A stretch of 64,000 nucleotides of DNA from Octopus sinensis (GCF_006345805.1 NC_042999.1:34534001-34598000); one strand, 5' to 3'; shown: positions 26,395 to 41,516, numbered from the stretch's first letter. The notes: generated by a model not told the origin, from the letters alone. Numbers and translations: made by a program.

Positions 26395-27760
26395 TATGTC
26401 TCACTTCTTCAGTTTGTGCGTGATCTATTGATACGCTCGCATAATGTAATTTGTGCATTGTTTACGTTGTGTGGGCACCCCCCGGACGATGAATTATACT
26501 AGCCCAATACGTAGATATAGAGGGAGATTGAACCAAACAACAGAGCAGTATTAGTGGAAATAGAGAAAATGAAAGAAATAGTAGCGACATTCAAAGAAAG
26601 GATTAAAGCATGTCAAATATATGTTCGTTATGAAAATCTGGCCAGCGTCATTGGGCTGCAGGACATAATAGAACATGTAACAGGTGGATAAACAAAACGA
26701 TTAAAAACTGTATAAAAGAACTGTAAAATGAAACTGCGAGCTTTGTGGGGGCTCGTAAGCCATTCCATTTCTCTATTACAAATAACTCATTTCATATTCA
26801 TCATTCATTATATGTAACTTAATTTTATGTTGTATGTACTTGTAATGTCCACTCTATGTTTTCAGGCTATATGCCTATAATAAAGAGATATAGAACAGAG
26901 TAGGGTGGAGTAGCGTTGAGTAGTAGAGGCATCCAAGCGTGCGACATAACAGTCTACATTTTCGTTAGTAACATAAACTCATTTTAGGGCAAAAATTATA
27001 AGAGTTGACAGTAGTTTTGTGATCAACAAATGTATTTAAGCGTTAATAGATATACACTTCCAAATGTCCATGTTATTTCAACTTCATCCACTTCTAATTT
27101 ATTTCCAACAATATTTACATGTGAAATTTTGAAGGAAAGTAATGAAAAAATGAAAAATATAAGCAACATTTTAATAATATGGTATATAATCTATGAAAGA
27201 AACGAAAAACTTTTCCCACCAACATTGTTTTTGAATATGCTTAAATATAGTTAACATTACACTTCGTCTAAAAACCCTAAGGCATTTGATATCAAAAACA
27301 GAAATTATTGTATTAAATATGCCTAACTTTGTTCTTGTAAAATGGATTTTTTCCATTATTCTCTCAATGTCCTTTTTTACCTTATAGTCTTTTTTTTTTA
27401 ATTTAAATATGAAGTAGTCAAACTGTCTTAAGATTTGCATTAATACATGTATCGCTGATGAACTAAAAAAACATTACAATGTTGCAGGTCTTAGCTTTGA
27501 TTTTATTATATGATTATTTGGCGTATTTCGTGAATATTTATTTTGCCAAGAGTCATTATTCATCTGTTTTCACCAGAGGGCTAAAAGTAATTACGTTGTT
27601 TTTTTAAATAATGTACACAAAAATTCGCAAACATAATGCATATGCTTGCCTTATTAGCATTTTTAGCGTTAAGGTGCGCAAAGAAATGTTTTCTCAGCAT
27701 ATATTTAGTACAATATTTCTCTTCGAACATTCCACAGGTAAAATATTTACGAAATCATCA

Positions 27761-27856
<96 letters not shown>

Positions 27857-28731
27857 GTATATATATGTGTGTGTATACATGCATACCCAGGCACATCCCT
27901 CCGTCATTTAGAAGGGGTAGCCACAAGACACATCAGGCATTCCTTATATTTCCCAGCTCAAAGAGGCGAGCCCAGTTCTAAGATCGGGTCAAGGAATAGA
28001 ACGTAACCTCCAATATAAGCAACGGGGCCCGACAGCAGATGCTGTTTAACCCACGCCGCATCATGCTAGTTCTCTACTCCTTTAAGTTACGTCAAAATTC
28101 ACTCATCTGTTCACAAACACTCTGCAAGCTTTCCTATTATTTATAAACTATTTAATATACATGCTATGAAATAGATTTTACAAAGGCATACTTCTAACAA
28201 AAACTACTTTATAAAGCGGGTTGTATGAATGACTAACTTGTATAGCCACCATGGTTGTTATGGGTTTTGAAAATGCTTAGTGTTCTGTTTTGATTTGATT
28301 TTTTTTAATCAATGGATGCAGTTGCGAAATTTCTGATTCAAACTACAATGGTATTTTCCACAATATTAAGACGTTAATTGCTTCCTTTAAATTTTGTACG
28401 CTACTATCCTGTAACTAGCATTGTTTTCTTTATGTTTTAATATAACTGTTATCCATGGACTAATAGTTATAGAATATACATTCGTTCTCTCCACTTAAGA
28501 TTTACGTTTATTTTGTTTGACAATAAGTTGCAACATATATTTGGTTTCATAACAGATTGAAATAGCCATAATCTTCTTTTCTGTGTATTTGTAACATCAG
28601 ACCGCTTAACAATGAAAATAATATAAAGGGAATTAAATGCTTTATAACATGTTAGCTATCGAATATAGAATCTCTTCTCTTAGAATACTACAATTTCATG
28701 CGAATCTAGTATACGCACTTACATTCCTGTA

Positions 28732-28815
<84 letters not shown>

Positions 28816-31800
28816 TGTGTGTGCGTGTGTGTATACACATATATATATATACATATATATCTGTGTCCGTGTGTGTTTATGTGTCTATGTGTAGGTACAC
28901 CAATACAGTTATGCACGCACACAATGACACGCACGCGTACGTGTGTATGTATGAGTGTGTGCGTGTGTGTGTTTGTGTGTGTGTGTGTATGTGTGTGTGT
29001 GTGTGGTGTGTGTGTGTGTGTGTAGTATTCGGGATATGCTTTACTGAAACTTTTGTGTGGTTTTTCGAATCAAAACTCCTAAGTGTAGCTCAGCGGAAAT
29101 CACCACTTCGTAGCAATTTACAAATTACTGATCTGTATCTGTCACCGTAAAATACATGAAAATAATTCTTTATAAAAAGCAAGTTACTTCACACTTCTTT
29201 CAATTTAAGTGATTATACTTTTGTCCAGGAGCCGATGATTGGTATAAGAAGGTATCGAAAATTCATCATGCGTTCAGATCCTAATCTATAGCACTGTGTG
29301 TGTGTGTGTGTGTGTGCGTGTATGGGTGTGTATACACATGTATATACGTATATATGTATATGTATATACATATATACATATGTATGTATATGTATATATG
29401 TATATCTGTGTGTATGTGTGTGTGTGTACACACATATATATATACATACATCCAACTTTGTGGATTGGAGGTGATATCTAAATCAATCTACATCCGTCAC
29501 AACTTTGCTTGAAGGCATGGCCGTTTCTTTCGACATTGTCATCATTTCTTTTGTCCTTAGGCTTTATCAAGAAACATATGTTTGTGGCAGAAACATTTGT
29601 ATTCAAAATACAGCATCTCTTAAATGTATTATGAATAGTTTGTTAACGAACGTGTTGAGATAAAAGCCAAATAATTACTTAAATCATGTATCTGAAAACA
29701 TTTAGGGAACGGAAGACTGTCATTGCACATGATGATAACTTTCAGGGTCTCCAAGACAGATTGGGGGCGGGGAGAATTCTATGTATGCAACAGACAGCTA
29801 TTCTTAACGTTTGCAACTCAATGGACTTTGATAAAAGCATGGAAGTTTGTAATTTTCAGGAAATTTTAAGAATAACAACAGAACATTTATTCTAGAAAAC
29901 CTGATAATAAAAGAAATGAAAACTGTATTGAGAAAATAGATTTTTCTGATAGTAATTCAACCAATGATGAAACATTTTCTTCCTGATGTTTACGTAGAAA
30001 AAATAATTGAATGTTTCAAAGTAAGAATTTGGTGCAAAGATAGATAACTACAGCTGTAGTAAAAATTCTAAAGATTTTTTTATATCAAAAATGTAATTTA
30101 AAAAAAAAAAGAACAGATAAAATCAATAGTTTGTAAAGGAATGGTGATTCGGCAAATAGAGAAGAAAGAAGGTTTAAAACCAACAAAAAATGTGTAACGC
30201 AAATTAAACTTAGGTGTTGGCAGATCATAGACTGTTTAAGTAGAAGGGTTGCTGAAGGATTGCTTAGATATTATTTCTACTGAAATAATCTTGGTAAAAA
30301 TGGAAGCCGAATACAGGTATTTGAGTGTATCATCTAGTTATATCGAAGGCATATATGTGTGTAAGTGCTTGTGATTTTATAGCGGTGTATAAGTGCATAT
30401 TTTTATAAGAGAATGTTTGTGCGGTATATTAATACAGTCTAAATAAAGAATAATCAAATAATTAACTGAATCGCTGCCTCAATTTCCAGATTCGAAACTT
30501 TTAAATATGACTATTTAAAAATAACCGATTAATACTGATCATTTAAGACGTGTGTCACTCTGAGACAAATCCACTTTGACAACAAGTAAATTATCTTTTT
30601 CTACATATTGAGAACAACTGTTATGTCTAGGGTACGTGTGTCCACCACCGAGAATGAACACAAAGAGTTCAGAACCGTGGTCTCATAGCTGGAAGATAGT
30701 AGGGATTCATTATTTGTATATATATATCGGGTGCAGATTGCAAGGAATAACGAGATGGTAGAGTGTCCTCCTGGGGTTAAAAAACAGTAATATCAGCTCC
30801 TACGGAACAACCGTGTTTAAGTGGCGATAAGGGATTTTCATAAATAATAAATTATTCGAATATAATGCTTATTAAGAAAATTAATTGTAATTTTAACGGA
30901 ATATAAATATAACAAAAAATAAAAAAAATATAGATATGACAAAATTATAAATTCCTAGCATAAATAAAACGAGCTAACTACAAACGACACTAAATGGCTA
31001 CCACTTTGGAAAAAATTAACCTAAAACTATAATTATTGAATAAGCAATTATAGAAAGAATTTAACCGCATATTTTAACCAAACTATTATTAAATTCCTAA
31101 AACATACAAACTCCTCAAACAAGAATATCGTAATAAAACTAATTCTCATTGAAAATATCTAAATTTCACGTCTTGCAAAGAAATTAACAAAGCCACAGTT
31201 GTTGAAACAGCGGAAGTCGATAACAACTTTATAACACAGGTCATATAGTACAGAGTAATATATAACAGTTAAATAACAATTTAAATTACTTTCAATTAAA
31301 AATAACCACTCCTTGAATTTCTACTCACTTGCAAAATAGAGATCGTTCACTATTTTTTCCTTAAGCAACAATTAAAACATTTAACTAACTATTTTTTAAC
31401 GTAAACTTGTTTTTCTTATTCAAATATATATTTTTTATGTATCCCAAAACATTCCTGCCTCATTATCTTACCGTATCTAATAACTTGACTGGATAACACC
31501 TTATCGCCTATCCTAGGAGGAATTCCATTTTATACCCAGGGCAACGATGCAATACAACAATTAAAATTACCAGTTTTACTTTAAATATTAGCCAAAAACA
31601 TTTTAACCACATTCACATCTGAATAGTTGACTTCACCCATAAAATCACGCACACACACATACGTCATAATTTGGGAAAATGAAGTTAGGTAGGCAGGCAG
31701 GCACGCATACTTGAATCTGTGAATGGGGGTGCATGAGTGTGTATGTGTGTGTGTGTGTTCGGGTTCATATGTATGTGTGTAACTATATATGGATTGATGG

Positions 31801-31840
31801 GTGGACGGACATGTGTATGCATATATATATATATATACAT

Positions 31841-31953
31841 AGGTACAGGAGTGGTTGTATATATACATGGTTCCAGGTTCAGTCCCACTGCGTGGCACCT
31901 TGGGCAAGTATCTTCTACTGTAGCCTCAGGCCGACCAAAGCCTTCTATATATA

Positions 31954-31997
<44 letters not shown>

Positions 31998-32216
31998 TGT
32001 GTTTGTATTTGTGTATCTGTGTTTGTCCCCGCCAACATCGCTTGACAACCGATTTTGATGTGTTTACGTCCCCGTAACTTAGCGGTACGGCAAAAGAGAC
32101 TGATGGAATAAGTACTAGGCTTACAAAGAATAAGTTCTAGGGTCTATTTGCTCGACTAAAGTCGGTGCTCCAGCATGGCTGCAGTCAAGTGACTGAAACA
32201 AGTAAAAGAGTAAAAG

Positions 32217-32219
<3 letters not shown>
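31841..32219 (+). mobile_element. tRNA-derived SINE family B (CORE-like segment, internal microsatellite)
   Basis: GGTTCCAGGTTCAGTCCC B-box-like head, CCTTGGGCAAG CORE-like motif, internal (TA)(TG)n, conserved body, tandem GTAAAAGA tail. Confidence 0.88.
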
Positions 32220-32261
<42 letters not shown>

Positions 32262-32504
32262 GTAGAAAATAATAAAAAGGAATTTTGTAAAATCTTCGTT
32301 CAGTTCCATTTCTTCCCTCACTAAATATATAAAACTTCAAATTTCCGCACTAAGGCACGGTTTTGAGACCCCATGGTCGTAACCTCAACCGTGATTTTTC
32401 TGTTGTGATTTTTGCTACCCAGGTATCGGTTATAATTTGAATAATCCGTAACAAGATAATTCATTTATCCATTTCAATAAACATATATATATATATAATA
32501 TATA

Positions 32505-32705
<201 letters not shown>

Positions 32706-33631
32706 TACAGATCGAAGGAGATAAAGCGAAATACAGATGGAAATCGATAGATGCTTCGTAGGTGTAATATTGGCTTCAGTGTTTGACATTAGGTCACCAA
32801 CTTTGGCTTCATGCCAGAAATTTCGGTAGCAGAGTAAGTCCATTACTTCCATACAAGACAGACGAAAAACCGTCAAGCATTTTTCTCAGCGTGCTAGCGA
32901 CTTAATCATTTTGCCGCTCGTCGTAAACGTAATATTAATGAATCTTATGCGACTAAGTTTTGCTGAGCTGTCGCACAAATATGAAATATTCATGAGGATG
33001 AGTGGATAACTTAATATAAAATCATCTGATATGTGCAACGTAACAAAAATTTCGTTCTATGCACATTGAGAAAATATATGCATCGTATATATTCTTCGGC
33101 AATGTGACTTGACTTATTGCTAAAGATCTGTTACCTTAAACAAATGACCTTTGTCAGCAGCAAATCCATATTACTAGTAAGACGAGTATTTATGATTACA
33201 GGTTTAAAGCAAATGTTAGAATATATATTTAACGTTTTGATATTTAACTAACTTGCTGGAAGTATCGATAAATTTGGAAAGTTTGATAACCAGCAGCTGT
33301 AGAGTAGAGTGAATACTTTATTTGCACCTGGCCATAACGCCTCATCTTCTAGAATACGATGTATTGAATACAGTTAAAAATACCAAATGCTGTTTTTAGT
33401 AATCGCACATTGTATTATTTATCTTACTGTTGTTATTCCTTTTTGTGATACTTTGATTGTCTCTTTTCAATGTTTATATGCTGCTTATATATAAGACTTG
33501 TATAAATATGTTGGAACATTTTTACTGAAATATTCTTAACTTCTTGTGGTGTTGTAGCCACACAGGAAAATAGTCAGCTATCTACCATGTTTGAATATAT
33601 ATTTATAAATATGTACACTACGTTTCAAATA

Positions 33632-34849
33632 TCAGGTCATTCCATAAATAATGTCCAAAATATAATATATGTAATTTCTATCAATTTTTACTGTATTTTA
33701 AAAGTCAAATGGTATTGATTGATACGTATATGAATTTGGAAACCTTTAATTTTAATATAAATTCTTTTTACAGAATGCCCTGACAAATTAATTAATGTTC
33801 ACTCTTCAAAGATAGTCATCTCGAAGGAACATTTAAGGTACGAGATGCTTTATGAGTTCAAAAAGAGAAACACCGCCGTAGAAGCAAACCGAAACATCCA
33901 TTCTGTTTCTGGGGAAGAGTGCTTGAAAGAAAGAAGTTACAGAAGATGATTTGAAAGGTCAAAAATGCTAATTTCAGCTTAAGAGAGAGAGGCCATGAAT
34001 AGGACGATCTTTTGAATTTGATAATGAGATTCTTCTGTCAGAGCTTGAGAGGGATAATGCTGTGTCACTTGAAGAATTGGCAAACAGGCTCAATTCAAGC
34101 CATTCAACTGTTCACCGCCATATTCAGCAGCTTGGAAATGTGCCTAAACTCAAAAAAAGGATTCCTCACGATTTGACAAAAGCCAATCGAAAATTATGAG
34201 TGGGTATCTGCATATCTCTTCACTGCTGTGAACGTATCTCACCATTTTTAGACAGATTAGTGGCTGGTGAGGAAAAACTAATTTTTCAAGAAAGATTTAA
34301 TCAATGGCTTAGTTGTGGAGAACAGGCTAAATCACAACCCAAAACGAACGCCCATGAAAATAAGTTTCTTACGTTTGATGGGATTGCATTGCTTGTCATC
34401 CACTTTGAGTTGCTACCAACTAAGGCGGCAATTAATGTTCATAGCAATTGCCAACAATTAGAGTGTTTGAATGCTCTTTAAAGAAAATATGTCTGCTTTG
34501 GCGAATTGAAAGGGTATGTTGTATCATCACGATATTGCAAGGACCCGCATTGCAAACATAACCTCAGGAAAAACCGAAGAACTGGATAACGCTCCTTCTG
34601 ATTATCATTTGTTTCAAAGCTTACAGAATCATTTAGATGGATTAGTATTCAAAAGCCCCAATGAGGTCGAAACTTCCTCTCGTCAAAATCAAAAGAGTTT
34701 TTTCACCAATGGAATAAGAAAACTGATGAGTAGATAATAGTAACTCATCGATAATGATGGTAATTGTGTACAGTTTTCAATTTTAATAAAATGTAAAATT
34801 AGATCGCTTTCTCTTCTTACCTCAAATTCAGACATGACTTATGACCTGG
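33632..34849 (+). mobile_element. Mariner transposon, full length, decayed
   Basis: TA|TCAGGTCATTCCATAAATAATGTCC ... GACATGACTTATGACCTGG|TA; translations KEHLRYEMLYEFKK, IPHDLT, VAGEEKLI, APSDYHLFQSLQNHL. Confidence 0.9.
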
Positions 34850-34989
34850 TATATTGAGTTTTTATTCTCTTGAACGACCAATGCAGACTATCTTACACGC
34901 ACAGGTATATACACATTTCTATCCCTCTTTCAGATACATATGTGTGCGTGTGTCTGTGTCTGTATATCTGTCTGTCTATGTCTCTCTGT

Positions 34990-35565
34990 GTCAGTGTATT
35001 CATTTAATTCTATAATTGTGCTCAACCCGATAGCTGTGGCATTGCAGTGACACCTCCAGTATTATCACATTTTCCATAGTTATTTTTTGCGAATGGCTTA
35101 TTGATGGGGAAGGAAGTTTAATATTGTTGCCTTCGTTTTTGTTTCTTGCTGGGAATCTAGCTGGCCATTTGCTTGCACATTTCCACTACCTCAATTATCA
35201 GTATATGAAACGAGCCGCCGTTGCTCATACCAATATCCTGAACACGCATTGTGTTTGATGCCGCTCCATTTGATCCAAAATGTCTTTATTGCAGCATATT
35301 AGCACAAGACACCTGAAATCGGAGGGCTTGGGATCTTCCTGTATCAAATTACATTCTGCTTTGTTCAACCCATTTATATATGGCATATTGGCTTTTCTGT
35401 AGAAGATCAGCATTGAAAGATTCCTTGACTGGTTGTATTACTCTTGTATCATCAGCATAGCTAGTAAGCGTGGCTGTTGGTGAAACAGATGGAAGGTCCA
35501 AGAGATATAACATGAATAGCAGTGACCCCAAAACAGTTCCCTGCGGCACTCTATTTCTTATTACA
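34990..35565 (-). mobile_element. CR1/L2-like LINE RT fragment
   Basis: VPQGTVLGSLLFMLY...SYADDT in ORF 35349-35609. Confidence 0.8.
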
Positions 35566-37059
35566 CACATATATATATATATATAATACATATTAGAATA
35601 GGACACCAACGACGAGGGAAAAATTTGTAAACAGAGAGGAAAAGAGAGAGAGAGAGATGTTTAGAGCCTACAAAGTCATAAGGACGGAATTTATTCGAAT
35701 TATCAAGAGATGTAGGCTGAGAAAATCCCTCCACCCCGTGAGTGACTCTTGTCCGTTCCAGAAAAAAACGCTAAGCGCCTTCTCTCCAATGACGCAAAAC
35801 ATACGTGTGTGTGCGAGTATGCCACTGTTTATGTATAATTGTATTTAGGATAATAATTACCCTTAGGAAAATACTCAAAATATATGATGATGATCAGGAG
35901 AAGAATGGTTATGTGGATGAGCATATTTATCTAGTTGATGATGATATTCAAGCTTCAAATCTTTCATTATGATGGCTATGGCTATCATAAAGTGCGCCTA
36001 TAAGTGGTTATAATCCTCAGAAATAGAGATACAGTAATTCAATTTATATCCGAGATAAATCTATTTAAAAAAATGCTTTCAATGAGTGGAATAAGGATTT
36101 TATCATAACATCGTCAAAGAATAATTATGTAAAAGAAGATTGGAATGAGAAATAAATGAAATTATGAAATATGAAACTAAAATTCAATAATAATCACGAT
36201 TAAAAATATTTCCAATGATAAAAGCATTTTTTTTTTTAACTTTGAAGTTGTATTTCTAGAAATAATTCTTTTTTTCTTTTCTTTGTTCTCTTTCTGCGAT
36301 GTTATTATGCGTAATTATTGCTTCTCTGGGCGAGGAAAATGTCGTATAAAAACATCTGGGACACTGTTGCTTAGAACTTTGAATAAAAATCTTTTTTTCT
36401 CCCTTTTTGTTACTGCTGGCATTGAGTACCATTGTTCACTCCAACTTTTACTGTATTTAGAAAAAATAATCTAATTCTTTTCAAACCAATTTTAGAAATA
36501 AAATATATACATTATCATACTAAATTTGCACTTAGTTGATTATTTCCTTTGTACAGATTCTTATTTATACACATTCACTTGAAATATATTTCTGAAGCAG
36601 TTAACTTTAAAGAAATCGCTAATTTTGGAATGATTGTCTAGTTTATTGACTTGACGTTATCTCTGTGTATAATCACCATGTATAATGTCAATAATGAACA
36701 ATCTGTAAAGGAGTGTACTGGCTTGTATAAATCACCAAACCGTCTGAATTAATGTGCTCTTAGCATTTAGAAAGCATAATAAACGATTGTGAAGTTGAAA
36801 GAGATCAGGTTTATGATAAATCTATATATTTTCATTTATAGGCATGCAACACGTACACCAGGATTATTTTGGAAGGCTAAGAACCAAGGTAAAATCATAG
36901 TCTCAGACAATCCAAGATGATGATGAGTTTCCAAAGAAATAAATAACAGAAACTCGCGGCAAGGTGAGCGCATAGCAGGAGAGATCTTCAGAAGATGAAT
37001 TCCGATTCGACAAATGTATTGGCACTTATGCCTGGCACTCTACGAGAGCCGGGGTCACA

Positions 37060-37190
37060 CAGGTCATGACTACTAAGTGTCCTCCTGTTGCTTTCTAAAA
37101 TCCTGTCTCCAATGGGATTTGAACCTGGGTCATTCTTTTTGTGAGCTTTTGTTGTTAGGGTTGTGTTTCAACCCACTAGGCCACTCTAAC
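37060..37190 (-). mobile_element. tRNA-like SINE head of another family
   Basis: Minus strand TGGCCTAGTGG (A box) and GGTTCAAATCC (B box); no complete cloverleaf. Confidence 0.5.
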
Positions 37191-38202
37191 TGACGAAGAA
37201 ACCAGTTCTTTTCTTCTTTATATTCCTGTAAATAACCAATAGAATCCATGACTAGGTTCATTGATCATTTCTCTTTGCCCATATCTACATTGAACTCTTT
37301 TCAGCAACATCAGTCATGTATTTGTGCCCGAGTAGCCGACAAGTTGATGCAGCCACATATCCTCGCAATCCAACTACAACTGGCTTCACATGCAGTGGTA
37401 ACCTTACCGTCCTAACTGCTTTGCTAGCTCACCATTTAATATATTCACTTGCGATAAATACCGTCCAGATCTCGCTGAAATCACGACTTATGTTATTCAA
37501 ACGACAGAAAGGTCTCATAAAGAAATATAGTAGTTGGTACCATAGTTAATTGACAGGTGTTCACAGCTGGAATGATTACGACCTTAGGTCTGTGCTATTG
37601 GAGTTGAAACAGATACAAACAATAGCATGAAAATAATTCCAAGAATGGAAATGAACTTATTGCTTAAGAAAACAGTTCAGGTGCATACATACCTGTGATT
37701 AGTATACAGATTATGAGTGAAATAGGCGCAAACGTATTTGATTTGGAATGTTAATTAAGATTAAAAGTATAAATAAGAGGTTGAGACGGAAAATCCATTA
37801 CATTACTCACTAATTCTGGTCACGAAAATAATTATATAATAGTGAGTTTTTTTTCTATAATTAATTAAAATTTTTGGCTGTTGGCTGAACGTTTGCATCA
37901 AGCAAAATCAGTTAACGCCTGTTTTACTATAACATTTCTTCCTGCAGCAGCGTCCTTATGCTTCTCGCCGGCGTTTTGCTTGGAGTATGTATTATATATA
38001 GGAAGATTAGCAAAGTTATTTTGACAACTGCGCATGCTATTTAATTAAATTACATTCGTATAATTTCTGATGTAGTATTTGTGTGTGTGTGTCTGAGTGT
38101 GCTTGTGTATATGTATGTGTGTGTGTATGTGTGCGTATTCTATATAAGGAAATATAGTTGTATACACACACAAAACTGTGAATGTCATTATTAAAGACAA
38201 TT

Positions 38203-38596
38203 TAACGCGGCGAGCCGGCACGTTGAAAGAAATGCTTAGCGGTATTTCGTCTGCCGTTACGTTCTGAGTTCAAATTCCGCCGAGTTCGACTTTGCCTTTC
38301 ATCATTTTCGTGTCGATAAATAAAGAACCAGTTACGCACTGGGGTCGATACAATCGACTTAGTCCGTTTGTCTGTCCTTGTTTGTCCCCTCTGTGTTTAG
38401 CCCCTTGTGGGTAGTAAAGAAATAGGTATTTCGCCCGTCGCTGTGTTCTGAGTTCAAATTCCACCAAGGTCGACTTTACCTCTCACCCTTTCGGAGTCGA
38501 TCAAATAAGTACCAGTTACACACTCGGGTTGGTGTAATCGACTTAATCTCTTCCCCAAAATTTCAGACCTTGTGCCTACAGCAGAAAGGATTATTA
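38203..38596 (+). mobile_element. Dimeric SINE family A
   Basis: Same left-monomer end / GGTATTTCG junction (~38425) as 24176-24580. Confidence 0.88.
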
Positions 38597-38895
38597 AACA
38601 CATTTCTCACTATTTGATTTTGGGAGTAAAAGTCACGCACAGGCACACATATATACATATAAAATTTATACACCAATGTTATTTATACATTGCCTTTTAT
38701 GAGGCTTTATTGCGATCGATTATTTACTGTGTCTGTATTCGGAATTCGTTCTTTCTATCTAATTTACTTCTTCAATGCATCCTTTCAGCTTTGCTACCAT
38801 TCGCCCCCTTAACTTGAAGATATAAAATGCTAAATCACGCAACATATCTATATATCTATATCTATCTATATATATATATATATATAGATAGATAT

Positions 38896-38928
<33 letters not shown>

Positions 38929-40108
38929 TAGATAGATAGATAGATATATATATATATATACAAATATTTATCACTTAGTGTCAGTTTCTGGCCACGTCTT
39001 CCGTCTTTCTCCCCTCCTTCCCTTTAGCCTTACTTCGTTCTTCTGTTTTCTCCTATAATCGCCAATCTTCCTTTTTACTAAGTTTTTTTCTCATTTAGAT
39101 ATTTATTTGTTTTTCGCTGATAACAATTTGCCATTTTTTCGGATTGTAATTGTTATTTCGTTTTAAATTCTATTTTGATCATATGCACCATATTATTTCT
39201 GATAACGTAAATCCCACTCTGTTTATTTTTTATATCTGTTTCTACGAATTTTCAATATCCAATTGCTAATTTTTTCGACTCACGGATTATTTTGCAAAAC
39301 TGTCAATCACTTTCATCCAAGAGATTCCTGTTATTTTAAAAACTAATTACCCAGTCAGCTTTAAATGCTTCTTCGATAAATTGGTAAACATGAATACTTA
39401 TAACAATTGCATTGTTCTGAATAAAACCGAGCATCTGACAATCTTAATTTTGTATGTAACACAATGTTTAATCTTCGGATCTTTTTAAATATGCTAAGCC
39501 ACTGGTTTTAATTGATTAATATTAATTTCTACACTCATTATTTAGTCTTAAATAGAAAAAAATGTTCTCTAACCGGAAAAATTGGCTGCTGAAATTTATT
39601 AACTGCAGAGTAATTTCCGGCTTCAGTGCACCAAAGTGAAGACATTTGAAAAACTACACCCAAACATAATTTGTAGAACTTTATACATGTTTGATTTCGG
39701 TTGAGCTTTCTGTATCTAATTCTGGAAATTTTGTTTTGTAATCGACAGACTACGCTGACGATCCAGCACATATCTGCGTGTTTGCATACGTAGATAGTAA
39801 CAAGTGAAACCATTGTTACGTAGGTAATCGTTCTTTTATTGTGTATATTTTCATTTGTCTTGCTCATTTTTATATTTTGGCATTTTGCTTATATTTTTCT
39901 TGAGAACACATTCTTCGTGTTAATGGTGATATGACGTCTATGTTTAGCATATATGTGTCCACTTTAGTGGTCATTCCTCTTAATTTTGTATATGTATATA
40001 TATACATATATATATATATAATATATATATATATATATTATTATATATATATATATATATATGGCAGAAATATGTTTTGAAAAAATATAAAATACACGTG
40101 GAAATGTA

Positions 40109-40240
40109 AGGGTAAAATATGAAAGATCAACGAAAATGCATATTGTAGATATAAAAAGGCTATTTATGACAGGTAGTGACAAATATGTACATTTAGAGTA
40201 TTACTAGACAAAAAGGTCATTTTTATTGATAATTATAAGA

Positions 40241-40293
<53 letters not shown>

Positions 40294-41335
40294 TAATAAT
40301 AATAATAATAATAATAATGATAATAATAATAATGATAATAATAATAATAATAATAAAAATAATAATAATAATAATGATAATAATAATAATAATAATAAAA
40401 TAATAATAATAATTAATAATAATAATAATAATAATAAGGTAAGAGACTGAAACGAACCAATTGGTTTTCGCGTTAGCTATTCATCGTTTGAACAACACCG
40501 GTTAGTAAACGGTGTCAGGTCTAATAGTTCCTGAGAAAAGAGATTATTTGTAAGGGAGGTAAGTAGTTTTGGATTATATGTATAAGGGAGGTAAGTAGTT
40601 CAGGAATTAGAAATGTGAGTGATGTAGAAAGTGTATAGGGTTTAGTGGTTTAAATCGAAGAGTTAGTGGTGTTCTGTATTGAGTTGTGTGTTCACATTTA
40701 GTTGGGGGAGAAATTTGTTGATGAAAAATGAATCTTTATTCAACCTTTGTTGCATTGTTGTGCTCTGTGAGCATTGGTAAAAGGGAAATATTTGGAAATT
40801 GGGATTACGATTCCTGGCTCATCTTTCTATGTGTTCACTCACCTTTAACTGTCTGTACTATGGGTGGCGGATTTGCTCTTTGAGAATGGTGATTCTTTGA
40901 CGGAGCGAAATTCCTGTTCGTCCAATATAGAGTTTACCGCATCCTATGCATGTCATGACATAGATTACATTTGCCGAGGCGCAGGTGAAATTTGATTTGA
41001 TCTTAAATATTTCTCCTTGTTTGAATTGAAATTCTGAACCCTCCAGAAGGTGGGGGCATGTTCCACACTTGGAACGTCCACATTTTGTCACTTTTTGCTC
41101 ACACCACTAACTCTTCAATTTAAACCAATAAACCCTATACACTTTCTACATCACTCAAATTTCTAATTCCTGAACTACTTAACTCCCTTATACATATAAT
41201 CCAAAACTACTTATCTCCCTTACAAATAATCTCTTTTCTCAGAAACTATTAGACCTGACACCGTTTACTAACCGGTGTAGTTCAAACGATGAATAGCTAA
41301 CGCGAAAACCAATTGGTTCGTTTCAGTCTCTTACC

Positions 41336-41389
<54 letters not shown>

Positions 41390-41515
41390 TAATCATCAAT
41401 AATAATGACCTTTTTGACTAGTAATACTCTAAATGTATATATTTGTCACTACTGTCATAAATAGCCATTTTATATCTACAATATGCATTTTCGTTGATCT
41501 TTCATATTTTACCCC

Positions 41516-41516
<1 letters not shown>
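40109..41516 (-). mobile_element. PLE 3' fragment (GIY-YIG) inside a large inverted repeat
   Basis: ORF 40858-41091 KCGRSKCGTCPHL...NVIYVMTCIGCGKLYIGRTG..LRQR (Neptune-type GIY-YIG); arms 40109-40672 and 41102-41516 are reverse complements, including (TAA)n tracts. Confidence 0.92.
41284..41323 (+). ncRNA. Defective hammerhead motif in the PLE terminal repeat (mirror copy 40450-40489, minus strand)
   Basis: AAAC/GTTT stem I, GATGA (the CT of CTGATGA is missing in both copies), GAAA 41304-07, perfect palindrome ACCAATTGGT, TC triplet. Confidence 0.55.

Noticed and set aside
26520-26890. ~55-codon open stretch followed by an AATAAA-containing tail
   Set aside because: No start or acceptor context and no recognisable homology; possibly an old LINE end
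37190-37205. CTGACGAAGAAACC
   Set aside because: No room for helix II between core and GAAA; chance match
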